Source: Clostridia bacterium (GTDB lineage Bacteria > Bacillota > Clostridia > TANB77 > CAG-508). From it: a stretch of 64,000 bases of DNA. The notes under the pieces were generated by a model that was not told the origin of the DNA, did not search any database, and saw nothing but the letters and a program-made list of their open reading frames with translations. The stretch's first letter is position 1; each line of letters opens with the position of its first letter. The DNA lies in contig JAFRNM010000004.1 of NCBI GenBank assembly GCA_017430135.1, forward strand, positions 69,499-133,498. Reading direction: 5' to 3'. The translations under genes and the position numbers were made by a program. Positions 39,284-48,665 of the stretch are shown here, piece after piece.

Positions 39284-39991
39284 GTGGAAACAAATTATTT
39301 AGAAAACAACTATATTACATTAGTTGGAAAGGTTACAGGAGAAAAAAAATTAAGTCATGAAATTTATGGAGAAAAATTCTACGTGTTTAACTTAGAAATC
39401 CCAAGATTAAGTGGAAATTCAGATATAATTCCAGTTACAATTTCAGAAAGAATTATAAATGATGACACATTAGTTGAAGGAAAAAAATTATTAGTAAAAG
39501 GACAATTTAGATCATACAATAGCTATGTAAATGAAAAAAATAAACTTATATTAACAGTATTTGCAAAAGACATTGTAGAAGTAAAAGAAAATGAAGTTGA
39601 AGAAGAAAATGAAATGGTTAAAAAAGATGTTGTAACTAACGAAGTTGTTCTTATAGGTTACATATGTAAAAAACCAATTTATCGTCAAACACCATTTGGT
39701 AGAGAAATTGCAGATATTTTATTAGCTGTAAACAGAGCTTATAACAAATCTGATTATATCCCTTGTATAGCATGGGGAAGAAATGCTAGATTCTGCCAAA
39801 CAATTGATGTTGGTGTTCAAGTAAAAATAGTAGGTAGAGTTCAATCAAGAACTTACGAGAAGAAATTTGAAGACGGAACAGCAGAAACAAGAGTTGCTTA
39901 TGAAGTTTCAATTGGTAGTTTAGAAGTAATTAACGAAAATAAAGATGAAGCTGAACGTTCAGAACAAACAGAAGAACAAGAAGCTGTATAA
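39284..39991 (+). CDS. Protein with two tandem OB-fold (SSB-like) domains and an acidic C-terminal tail.
   Basis: GTG start after GGGAGGAAATATT. Two repeats with SSB-like beta-strand patterns (ITLVGKVTGE...KLILTVFAKDI and VVLIGYICKKP...VKIVGRVQSRTYE). Acidic tail EAERSEQTEEQEAV with no DDIPF motif. Confidence 0.45.
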   Translation: METNYLENNYITLVGKVTGEKKLSHEIYGEKFYVFNLEIPRLSGNSDIIPVTISERIINDDTLVEGKKLLVKGQFRSYNSYVNEKNKLILTVFAKDIVEVKENEVEEENEMVKKDVVTNEVVLIGYICKKPIYRQTPFGREIADILLAVNRAYNKSDYIPCIAWGRNARFCQTIDVGVQVKIVGRVQSRTYEKKFEDGTAETRVAYEVSIGSLEVINENKDEAERSEQTEEQEAV

Positions 39992-40080
39992 ATAAATGTT
40001 AAAATAAAACTTAAAAATCTAGAGGTAATCTAGATTTTTTAAGTTTTATTTGGTATAATTAAAAAAGTGAAAGGAATTGA

Positions 40081-41725
40081 TATGGAAAAATTAAAAAAAC
40101 TAAGTAATACTTTTAAATTTTCTTTAATTGCAATAGTATTGATTGCAGTATTTTGTATTGCAATTACGCCTGTAACGCTTCAAAATGATACATATTATAC
40201 AATCAAAATTGGCGAACATATTGAAAATAACGGATTAGACATGAAAGACCCATTTTCGTGGCATGATAATTTAGACTATACATACCCACATTGGCTCTAT
40301 GATTTATTGACTTTTAAAATATTCTCTCATTTTGGATTTGAAGGAATATATGTTACCACAGTCATTTTAGCAGTGATATTGGGATTATCATTATATTTTG
40401 TGAGTTCTAAAATTTCAAAAAATAATATTGTTTCATTTTTTGTTACATTTGGAGCGTTGTATTTATTAAAAGACTATATTGCTGCAAGGGCACAGCTGGT
40501 TACATTTATATTGTTTATATGGTCAATTTTTTGTATAGAAAAGTTTTTAGAAAATCGTAAAATAAGATATGGTATTGCTTTATTTGGAATTGCTACTTTA
40601 ATTGCAAATCTGCATGTTGCAGTTTGGCCATTTTTCTTTATACTATTTTTACCATATATTGGAGAGTATATTGTTGCAAGTTTAGCTGACTTTTTAATAT
40701 ACCAAAAATTCAAACATTTTAAATTAAAATTCAAAATAAAACATTTAAAAAATGAAAATAAAATTGAAAAATGCAAAAAACAATTGAGTGAGTTGGAAGA
40801 GAAACTTGATAGAATAAAAATTAAAAGAACTAAAAATTTACAGGAACCATATAAGATAAAATTAGAAAAAAATAAAAATGTAAAATGGTTAATATTAGTG
40901 ATGATAATCTGTGTTATAACAGGATTTTTAACTCCATTAGGTGATACACCATTTACATATTTGGTAAAAACAATGCAAGGAAATACAACCAAAAACATAA
41001 ATGAACATTTACCAATGACACTTTCTGCACAACCAGAGACATTATGCACATTAGTTCTATTTTTAAGTATTTTAATATTCACAAAAACAAAAATAAAACT
41101 TAGAGACCTGTTTATGATAGGGGGATTATGCTATTTGATGCTTTCTAGCAAAAGGCAGGTAACAATGTTTGCACTGGTCGGAACAATAATCTTGAGCAAA
41201 TTGATAGTGGATTTACTTACTATATATGATAAAGAAAAGCTAGAAAAAATAAATAAATTTGTATTAAAACCAATACCTGTAATATTACTATTAACTATTG
41301 TTGGTTGGTGTTCTTGGCAAAATTGCAAGGGAAAATTTGAAGATAAAATAGTAGATGAAAAAACTTATCCTGTACAAGCTAGTAACTACATTTTAGAAAA
41401 TATAGATTTGAGCAAAGCTAGATTTTACAATGAATATAATTATGGAAGCTATTTGCTTTATAGAGGTATTCCTGTGTTTATAGATTCTAGAGCAGATTTA
41501 TATGCACCTGAATTTAGTGGCTTAGAAGATGATATTTTTATGGATTTTATAAATGTTTCAAGTATTGGAACATTTTACGAAGATATTTTTGAAAAATATG
41601 ATATTACACATGCGATTATGTATAAAAATGCGAAAATTAGCATGATTATAGATAAGACACAAGATAGTAATTATAAGAAGATTTATTCGGATGATTATTT
41701 TGTTATTTATGAACGACTTAGATAA
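40081..41725 (+). CDS. Polytopic integral membrane protein (10 or more TM helices) with a C-terminal extracytoplasmic domain. Possibly a lipid-linked glycosyltransferase-like protein.
   Basis: Many hydrophobic helices throughout. An internal coiled-coil loop (KCKKQLSELEEKLDRIKIKR). C-terminal soluble region of about 130 aa. Confidence 0.6.
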
Positions 41726-41749
41726 TTTGTATGGAGGAATAAAATATAA

Positions 41750-42643
41750 ATGGATATAATAAAGGTAAAAGAAGATAGTAAAAAAAGAATTGATGCCTTT
41801 GTTGCAGAGAATACTGAATTTTCAAGAGTTGCAGTTCAAAGGCTAATTGAAGAACAAAAAATATTGGTTAATGGAAAACCAACAAAATCTTCTTATAAAG
41901 TGCAAAGTGGAGATGAAATTCAAATTGAAAAGGTTGAGGCAAAGGAAATTTCTTTAGAAGCACAAGATATTCCGCTTGATGTTTTATATGAAGATAATGA
42001 TATTATTGTAATAAATAAACCTAAAGGTATGGTCGTTCATCCTGCAAATGGTAATCCAGATGGAACTTTAGTAAATGCTGTTATGGCTATATGCAAAGAT
42101 TCTTTATCTGGGATTGGTGGAGAAATTAGGCCAGGTATTGTTCACAGGCTTGACAAAGATACTTCTGGGGTTATTATAGTTGCAAAAAATGATAAGGCTC
42201 ACATAAATTTAAGTGAACAAATAAAAAATCATGAGGTTGAAAAGACGTATATTGCGCTTGTTAGAGGTAATGTTCCAGAAAATGAAGCAACTATAAATAT
42301 GCCTATTGGTAGAAGTACCAAGGATAGAAAGAAGATGGCTGTAACAAAGTCTGGCAAAAATGCTGTAACTCATTTTAGGGTTCTAAAAAGACATAATAAT
42401 TATACTTTATTAGAAGTTAAGATTGAAACAGGCAGAACTCACCAAATTAGGGTACATTTGGCTGAAATTGGTTTTCCTATTATTGGGGATAGCGTATATT
42501 CAAATGGAAAGAATGAATGGGGCATAGAAGGTCAATGTCTTCATGCTAAATCTATAAGATTTAAGCATCCAATTTCTAACAAAGATATGTTTATAGAGGC
42601 TCCTTTGCCATCATATTTTCAAAATATTATTGATAATTTTTAA
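41750..42643 (+). CDS. rluD: 23S rRNA pseudouridine synthase, RluA/RluD family.
   Basis: S4-like N-terminus. Catalytic motif HRLDKDTSGVIIVAKN. Confidence 0.85.
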   Translation: MDIIKVKEDSKKRIDAFVAENTEFSRVAVQRLIEEQKILVNGKPTKSSYKVQSGDEIQIEKVEAKEISLEAQDIPLDVLYEDNDIIVINKPKGMVVHPANGNPDGTLVNAVMAICKDSLSGIGGEIRPGIVHRLDKDTSGVIIVAKNDKAHINLSEQIKNHEVEKTYIALVRGNVPENEATINMPIGRSTKDRKKMAVTKSGKNAVTHFRVLKRHNNYTLLEVKIETGRTHQIRVHLAEIGFPIIGDSVYSNGKNEWGIEGQCLHAKSIRFKHPISNKDMFIEAPLPSYFQNIIDNF

Positions 42644-42653
42644 AGTTATAATA

Positions 42654-42815
42654 GTCAAACAATATTAGTTTTTATTCCTTGTCGTCGCAATTTTCTTTGT
42701 TGTACAGAAAAATTGCATAGCAATTTTTCGCACAACTAGTCTGTAAATTGCTCCAGGTCGCACTCACTTCGTTCGTTTGGCGCTTTCGCGGAATTAAAAA
42801 CTAATATTGTTTGAC
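42654..42815 (-). ncRNA. GC-rich structured repeat element, copy 2 (reverse orientation).
   Basis: Its reverse complement matches the core CCGCGAAAGCGCCAAACGAACGAAGTGAGTGCGACCTGGAGCAATTT...AAAATTGCGACGACAAGG. It is flanked by its own perfect inverted repeat GTCAAACAATATTAGTTTTTA / TAAAAACTAATATTGTTTGAC. Confidence 0.55.
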
Positions 42816-42846
42816 TTCATAATAATTTAAATAATAGGAGAATAAA

Positions 42847-43575
42847 ATGGAACAAGTTAGATTGCAAAAGTTTTTGGCAGAAGCGGGAGTAGCTTCTAGG
42901 AGAAAATGTGAAGAACTTATCAGTGAAGGTAAGGTATCAGTTAATGGAAAAGTGGTAACTGAATTGGGGACTAAAGTAAATCCTGATATAGATAAAGTCA
43001 CATTTAATGGACAAATTGTGGAAAACAAAGCAAAAAAAGTTTATATTTTGCTAAATAAACCTATTGGATATGTTACAACAGCAAATGATCAATTTAGCAG
43101 AGATACAGTTTTAGATTTAGTGAAAGTAAAAGAAAGAGTTGTACCTTGTGGTAGGCTAGATATGTACACTTCTGGAGCTTTGATTCTTACAAATGATGGC
43201 GATTTTATTTATAAAATTACTCATCCAAAACATGAAATTACAAAAACTTATACAGTTACTTTAAAAGGAATTGTAACAAATGAAGAAGTAGAAAAATTGC
43301 GCAATGGAGTTGTTATAGATGATGACGGAGTGCCTTATAAAACAAAGGAAGCAAGAGTTAAAATTTTAAAAACTGATATTGAAAAAGACATCTCTCGTTT
43401 AGAAATTGTAATTCATGAGGGAAAAAACAGACAAGTTAGGAAAATGTGTGAGGCAGTTGGCAGAAAGGTTTTAGCATTGCATAGAACAAAGATTGGCGAT
43501 ATTGTTGTAAAGGACATAGCGCTTGGTAAGTGGAGATTTTTAAAAGATTATGAAATCAAAAAGTTGTTGAAGTAA
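42847..43575 (+). CDS. rluB: Pseudouridine synthase, RsuA/RluB family.
   Basis: S4 domain (RLQKFLAEAGVASRRKCEELI) and catalytic motif GRLDMYTSGALILTNDG. Confidence 0.85.
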   Translation: MEQVRLQKFLAEAGVASRRKCEELISEGKVSVNGKVVTELGTKVNPDIDKVTFNGQIVENKAKKVYILLNKPIGYVTTANDQFSRDTVLDLVKVKERVVPCGRLDMYTSGALILTNDGDFIYKITHPKHEITKTYTVTLKGIVTNEEVEKLRNGVVIDDDGVPYKTKEARVKILKTDIEKDISRLEIVIHEGKNRQVRKMCEAVGRKVLALHRTKIGDIVVKDIALGKWRFLKDYEIKKLLK

Positions 43576-43660
43576 AATTCAATGGCTTTTTTTTTATAAA
43601 AACCTTGAAAAATCAAAAAAGAAAATATATAATATAAAAAACTAAAGATGGGAGAAACAA

Positions 43661-44461
43661 ATGATACAAAATAATTTTATGCCAGAGGGTTGGGACAACG
43701 TGGTTTCAACATTAGATGGAAACAATATAAATGAAGTAATAAATAATAAAACGACTTTACAAGGTATTGTAACAGATTGTGATAATGATTTTAATTTGCA
43801 CATTGATTTAGGAAATTATCAAGGGATAATGCCTAGAAGCGAAGTGGAGGGAATAAACCTTCAAAGAAATGGATTGCCAAAAACTAATCTTTGTACTGGA
43901 AAGGTAAATAAATTCGTTCAATTTAAAGTAAAAGATGTAGGAAACAATGGAATTGCAATTTTATCTAGGAAAGATGTTCAAAGTGAAGCTTTAAACTGGG
44001 TAAAAAAAGATTTAAGTGTTGGAGATATTGTAACAGGTATAGTAAAAAGAGTTGAAAGCTATGGAGTTTTTATTGAAATTGGCGGAGGAGTTGTTGGACT
44101 AGCTCATATAGAAGATTTGTCTGTTGCAAGAATAAAGTCAGCATTTGAAAGAGTAAGCATTGGGCAAAAACTTGAAGTTATGGTTAAATCTATTGACAGA
44201 GAAAGTGGAAAACTTATTTTATCTTACAAGGAACTTTTGGGAACTTGGGAAGAGAATGCTGATAAATTTGATGTGGGGCAAAGGACTAAAGGAATTGTAA
44301 GAGAAACTGAAAAACATAAAAATGGTATTTTCATTGAACTTTTGCCAAATCTTGTTGGAATGGCTGAATATGTAGATGGGCTAGAATATGGGCAAGAAGT
44401 AAATGTTTATATAAAACGAATCGATTACGAAAGAAGAAAGGTGAAATTGCTTGTGGTTTAA
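43661..44461 (+). CDS. RNA-binding protein with three S1-like domains.
   Basis: Canonical S1 motif GDIVTGIVKRVESYGVFIEIGGGVVGLAHIEDLS, plus two flanking degenerate S1 repeats. Confidence 0.7.
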   Translation: MIQNNFMPEGWDNVVSTLDGNNINEVINNKTTLQGIVTDCDNDFNLHIDLGNYQGIMPRSEVEGINLQRNGLPKTNLCTGKVNKFVQFKVKDVGNNGIAILSRKDVQSEALNWVKKDLSVGDIVTGIVKRVESYGVFIEIGGGVVGLAHIEDLSVARIKSAFERVSIGQKLEVMVKSIDRESGKLILSYKELLGTWEENADKFDVGQRTKGIVRETEKHKNGIFIELLPNLVGMAEYVDGLEYGQEVNVYIKRIDYERRKVKLLVV

Positions 44462-44524
44462 TTTCACTTTTATAATATTAAAATAATTATATATAAGATT
44501 TAAATTTAGAAAGGAAGTTTAAAG

Positions 44525-45466
44525 ATGATTAAAGACAATGAAATTAAAGCCCAAGTTTCACCATTTGCAATGAGAGAAGGAGAAATTAAAACTTTTGATG
44601 GAAAAGATGGATATGTATCTATGAACCAAATTGTTCATAAAATAAATATTGGTCATATTACAGATATTCATTTTGCAATTTTAGATTTAGTAAATGAATT
44701 TGAATTTATTACATCAAGACAAATTTATCAATTACTAGAACTAAAAGGAATTGACCCACAATCACAAGATAAGTTAAACAATAAATTAGATAGTTTAGTA
44801 AAATCAAAAATTTTAACAAGATATTACTTTACTTCTGATGAAGGTAAAGGTGTTTATAGAATTTATTGCTTAGAAAAAATGGGAAAATACTTATTAAATT
44901 CTAAAGAAATTGAATGTAAATGGCAACAATCAGATAATACAAAACCGGTTGCAATGATAAAGAAAAGACTTGCTGGAAATCAAATTTTAATTGCCTACAA
45001 AACAAAGGTAAAAGCATTTGAGAGTTTTAAAGTTAAGCCAGTGCTTCAAGCAAAGCAAATTGGAAAACAATTTAAAGCAACAGCTGGTGGTGTTAAACTT
45101 TCTAAAGGCGGAAAATCAATTGATTTTATTTTTGAAGCAGTAAGAAGGGAAGAAGAATGGAAAGAAAAATTAGTAGATAAAATGAAATTATATAAAGATT
45201 TCTATGAAAACTATGTAATTGGGGATTCAGGATATAGCACAATGCCTCAATTGATAATAGTTGCAGAAGATGATAAGCACATGGCAGAATGTTTTAAAGT
45301 AATTGTAACATCTGGAACAGAGATTTCTAAAATTTCATTATTATTTACAACAGATTTACGCCAAAATGAAGTAGAGTTATCAAAGTCTTTGGTTCAATTT
45401 AAATTGGATGAACAAACAAACAAATATAAAGTTGAAAATGTAAGTTTAAAACTTTTAGAAGGCTAA
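44525..45466 (+). CDS. Winged-HTH protein resembling the replication-relaxation (Replic_Relax) family found in plasmids and integrative elements.
   Basis: HFAILDLVNEFEFITSRQIYQLLELKGI...KLDSLVKSKILTRYYF....GVYRIYCLEKMGKYLL matches the Replic_Relax HTH-wing pattern. RBS AAAGGAAG before the ATG. Confidence 0.4.
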   Translation: MIKDNEIKAQVSPFAMREGEIKTFDGKDGYVSMNQIVHKINIGHITDIHFAILDLVNEFEFITSRQIYQLLELKGIDPQSQDKLNNKLDSLVKSKILTRYYFTSDEGKGVYRIYCLEKMGKYLLNSKEIECKWQQSDNTKPVAMIKKRLAGNQILIAYKTKVKAFESFKVKPVLQAKQIGKQFKATAGGVKLSKGGKSIDFIFEAVRREEEWKEKLVDKMKLYKDFYENYVIGDSGYSTMPQLIIVAEDDKHMAECFKVIVTSGTEISKISLLFTTDLRQNEVELSKSLVQFKLDEQTNKYKVENVSLKLLEG

Positions 45467-45480
45467 TGGAGACACTAATT

Positions 45481-45548
45481 GAACAATTTGGGGACACTTC
45501 TAAAAATGTACAAGCTTGTACATTTTTAGAAGTGTCCTCAAATTGTTC
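45481..45548. repeat. 68 bp near-perfect palindrome, family member E of the GGGACACT family (variant core GGGACACTTCTAAAAA).
   Basis: GAACAATTTGGGGACACTTCTAAAAATGTACAAG|CTTGTACATTTTTAGAAGTGTCCTCAAATTGTTC. It lies between the wHTH gene and the AAA ATPase gene. Confidence 0.8.
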
Positions 45549-45582
45549 GGAAGTGTTCTTAATAAAAAAAGAGGGGGCAAAC

Positions 45583-47328
45583 ATGGACAAAAAAGATATT
45601 TTGAAGAGTGTTTATGAAGATTTTTTTGGAATTGAAAAATTAGCAAGAGAAAACGAGAGAATTGCTCAAGAATTAGAGGAAATGAATAGCAAATATAAGC
45701 CACTAAAAGAAGAGGAAATTCCAGAAATAATTGTTAATAAAGCTGAGGAAAATAAAGCAGATGATGGTGCTGAACCTCAAGAAGAATTTGACAAAGATAA
45801 ATACATGAAGGATACCTTTGAAGATATTGATAGTTTGTATATTGACGAAGCGTCTAAAGATTTATTGAAGAGAATTATTGAATACATGAGAAAATATAAC
45901 GAAAAAATTGAAAAACAATACATTTCTTTCAATTTAAAAATTTATTCAAATAATAAAGAGACAATATCAAAAATAGTAAAAATTCTTTTAGATTCTGGAG
46001 ACATATTTAAATATTTAAAAGATGGGGAAGCAGCATATTATTCAATGTATGATATTGAAGAAGTAAAGCAAATTGAGGGGGTATATGCAAGCAAAAATAG
46101 TGTTGTCGTTTTCCAAAATTTTGAAGGTTTTACCGAGAAAGAAGATAGCTTTAAAAATAAGTTTATAAGCAAATTTGACGAGACATTAAGCAAAAATGAA
46201 AATCAAGTTTTAACAATACTTTGTGCTAAAAATAAAGATTTAATAAATGAAGCTTTTTCTAAAAATGATGAGCTTTTACAAAAATATTTTGACTTTGAAA
46301 TTACAGGTATAGAGCCAGATGTGCAAGATGCTTATCAAGATATATTAAATAATTTAGAAGAAAAAATGGAAGTAACAGATGATTTCAAAGTTAAACTTCT
46401 AGACTATATCACAAAATACTATGCTGGTAATAGCTTGCCATACCCAGAATACAGGGATAAATTATGTGGAAAAATATTGTTTACAAAAGAGCTTCCAGAG
46501 GTAGAAAAAGAAAAAACTATGGAGGAAATATTTGAAGAATTAAATGGTTTAGTTGGTCTTGATAAAGTTAAAAATATGCTACATGATTTAGTTGATTTAA
46601 TAGAACTAAAAAATAAAACTAAAGATGATTTAAAAATTAAAAATATAAATCTTCACATGGTATTTTTAGGAAATCCAGGAACAGGTAAAACAACAGTTGC
46701 GAGAATAGTTGCAGAAATGCTTTACAATTTAAAATATATAAAACAAAATAAATTAATTGAAGCTTCAAGCAAAGACTTAGTTGCAGAATATGTAGGACAA
46801 ACAGCACCTAAAACAAATGCAGTAGTTCAAAAAGCATTAGGTGGAGTGCTATTTATAGATGAGGCATACAGCTTGGCGTCAGGACAAGGTCAAGGAAATT
46901 CATTTAATGAAGAAGCAATAGCAACATTAATTCAAGCAATGGAAAATTACAGAGATGACTTAGTTGTAATATTTGCAGGATACACAAGAGAAATGCAAGA
47001 TTTCTTAAATGCAAACTCAGGTATAGTTTCAAGAATTGGGTATACAGTTGAATTTGAAGACTATACACCAGATGAATTAATCCAAATATTTAATCAAATG
47101 ATGGAAAAATCAGGCTTTGTTGTAACAAAAGAAGCGCAAGATAAAGTTAGAGAAATAATAGATGAATATAAAGGAACTCAAAACTTTGGTAATGCACGTT
47201 TTGTAAGAAATATCTATGAAAAATCAATAGTAAAACATGCATCAAATACTAAGGGTAAAAAAGGCAAAAAAGTGCTTAAAACTATTTCAAAAGATGATAT
47301 TAGTACAGAAAATTTATTGAAAATGTAA
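45583..47328 (+). CDS. SpoVK/CbbX-family AAA+ ATPase with a long (~350 aa) N-terminal extension of unknown function.
   Basis: True start is the ATG at 45583 after AAAGAGGGGGCAAAC; the ORF-track start at 45466 runs through the palindrome. C-terminal motifs LVGLDKVKNMLHDLVDLIELKN, Walker A MVFLGNPGTGKTTVARIVAEML and Walker B VLFIDEAYSL are typical of SpoVK. Confidence 0.8.
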   Translation: MDKKDILKSVYEDFFGIEKLARENERIAQELEEMNSKYKPLKEEEIPEIIVNKAEENKADDGAEPQEEFDKDKYMKDTFEDIDSLYIDEASKDLLKRIIEYMRKYNEKIEKQYISFNLKIYSNNKETISKIVKILLDSGDIFKYLKDGEAAYYSMYDIEEVKQIEGVYASKNSVVVFQNFEGFTEKEDSFKNKFISKFDETLSKNENQVLTILCAKNKDLINEAFSKNDELLQKYFDFEITGIEPDVQDAYQDILNNLEEKMEVTDDFKVKLLDYITKYYAGNSLPYPEYRDKLCGKILFTKELPEVEKEKTMEEIFEELNGLVGLDKVKNMLHDLVDLIELKNKTKDDLKIKNINLHMVFLGNPGTGKTTVARIVAEMLYNLKYIKQNKLIEASSKDLVAEYVGQTAPKTNAVVQKALGGVLFIDEAYSLASGQGQGNSFNEEAIATLIQAMENYRDDLVVIFAGYTREMQDFLNANSGIVSRIGYTVEFEDYTPDELIQIFNQMMEKSGFVVTKEAQDKVREIIDEYKGTQNFGNARFVRNIYEKSIVKHASNTKGKKGKKVLKTISKDDISTENLLKM

Positions 47329-47329
47329 C

Positions 47330-47394
47330 TTTTTGGGACACTCCCCAAAAAACTGAAATAAAACCTGTCCTATAAGGCGACAGGTTTTATTTTT
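47330..47394 (+). terminator. Family member F (TTTTTGGGACACTCCCCAAAAAA) followed by an intrinsic terminator.
   Basis: CTTTTTGGGACACTCCCCAAAAAAC, then AAAACCTGTCC-tataagg-CGACAGGTTTTATTTTTG. Confidence 0.7.
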
Positions 47395-47510
47395 GTATAA
47401 AAAAGCGCTTTTGGGGGCTTTAAATATTTGATTTTATATGAAAAATATGGTATAATATTTACATAACACTGTTTTAATCATGGGATAATAATTTGCTATG
47501 ATGAAAACAA

Positions 47511-48665
47511 ATGTCTACAAAGGAGTGTGATATCACAAACAAAAAAGTAAAACCAAAAACCAGAAGATCAAAAACTATAAAGGAGGAATCAGCAGTGCTA
47601 CAACTGCAAGTAAAAGACATTAACATCTGTCGGATTAGTCAAATTCTTGTAAGGCATAATATCAAAGCAAGCATTTCTAATTCGCAAATCACATTGGATG
47701 GTGATATTTCCGATGAATTGCTCACCCAGATTTGTGGTGACTCTGAAATGGAGATAAAATCCATTCAGAACTTTGCTAGCGAAGAGGCGTCAGACTTACT
47801 GATGCCAGTCTTTGTTCAAAAACCTGAATTTGACCTATTGTATCCAAAGGTCAAGTTTGGAGAGTTGTATTTATGTGATTTTGGTGATCCCTATGAACAT
47901 GAGCAGGGATTCATCAGATATGCTATTGTTGTACAAAATGACTTCGGAAATGAAGTTTCTCCTATAACAATAGTTGTACCTTGTACGACTCAAACTAAGA
48001 GAGTTATCCCTTCTAGCTATTATACTACCTTTTCTTATGAGAATATGGTAGACTATGATGCACATAAAGTGGGAACGCGTGAAAATGCCATAAAAATCGA
48101 ACAAATTCGTGCGGTTGATAAAACCAGGCTGAGAAAGTATCTGGGAACGCTGAAAACTGAACTAATGAGCAAGATTATTGAAAAGATAAATGAAACAATA
48201 CGTCTTGACGAAGATTCTAACAATGAGGATTATAAAACAGTCTACATTTCCAGGAAGAAAGAACCTTTAAGGAAACGGAAAGACCTTAATATGGTTCAAA
48301 TTCAGCTATTATCTCTTGTAGATATAAAAAAGCTGATAGAAATTTCCGAAAGTAGCTTTGAGGATGAGATTAAAGTCGAAAAAATCCTAGAGCTGTTCGG
48401 ATTTAATCTCACTCAAAAGGGTGTAAAACTGCTAGCAAAAGCTATTCTTGCTTCTCCCAAAGATGACTATTTTAATCTTGAAACTTTATCTGGAATTGTT
48501 TCACAAGATGAAGGAATTAGTAGGGAGGAAATTAAAAGATTAATAGTTGCAAGAGTTAAAGAAACACTTGGCTTTAGCAAAGCTCCTACAATTGATTTCA
48601 TTAGACTCATTAACGCATTTTTAGCCAAACAGGAGGAAAATAAAGATGAAGAAATTGTTTTTTAA
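47511..48665 (+). CDS. Fusion protein with a central MazF/PemK (EndoA-like) endoribonuclease-toxin domain. An AbrB/MazE-like segment may lie upstream and an HTH-like C-terminal domain downstream.
   Basis: VKFGELYLCDFGDPYEHEQGFIRYAIVVQNDFGNEVSPITIVVPCTTQ...KIEQIRAVDKTRL aligns nearly position for position with B. subtilis EndoA [48 protein letters not shown]...LLEQIRTIDKQRL. A more likely start is the GTG at 47595 after AAAGGAGGAA. GC content and codon usage are clearly above local background. Confidence 0.65.
   Translation: MSTKECDITNKKVKPKTRRSKTIKEESAVLQLQVKDINICRISQILVRHNIKASISNSQITLDGDISDELLTQICGDSEMEIKSIQNFASEEASDLLMPVFVQKPEFDLLYPKVKFGELYLCDFGDPYEHEQGFIRYAIVVQNDFGNEVSPITIVVPCTTQTKRVIPSSYYTTFSYENMVDYDAHKVGTRENAIKIEQIRAVDKTRLRKYLGTLKTELMSKIIEKINETIRLDEDSNNEDYKTVYISRKKEPLRKRKDLNMVQIQLLSLVDIKKLIEISESSFEDEIKVEKILELFGFNLTQKGVKLLAKAILASPKDDYFNLETLSGIVSQDEGISREEIKRLIVARVKETLGFSKAPTIDFIRLINAFLAKQEENKDEEIVF

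Noticed and set aside
40474-41082. A 202-aa minus-strand ORF antisense to the polytopic membrane protein gene.
   Set aside because: It lies fully within a plus-strand gene that has coherent TM topology and an RBS. The antisense frame is an AT-rich artefact.
45466-45582. N-terminal extension of the AAA ATPase ORF (METLIEQFGDTSKNVQACTFLEVSS...).
   Set aside because: The extension is the translation of the 68-bp palindrome. A strong RBS (AAAGAGGGGGCAAAC) precedes the internal ATG at 45583, which is the likely true start.
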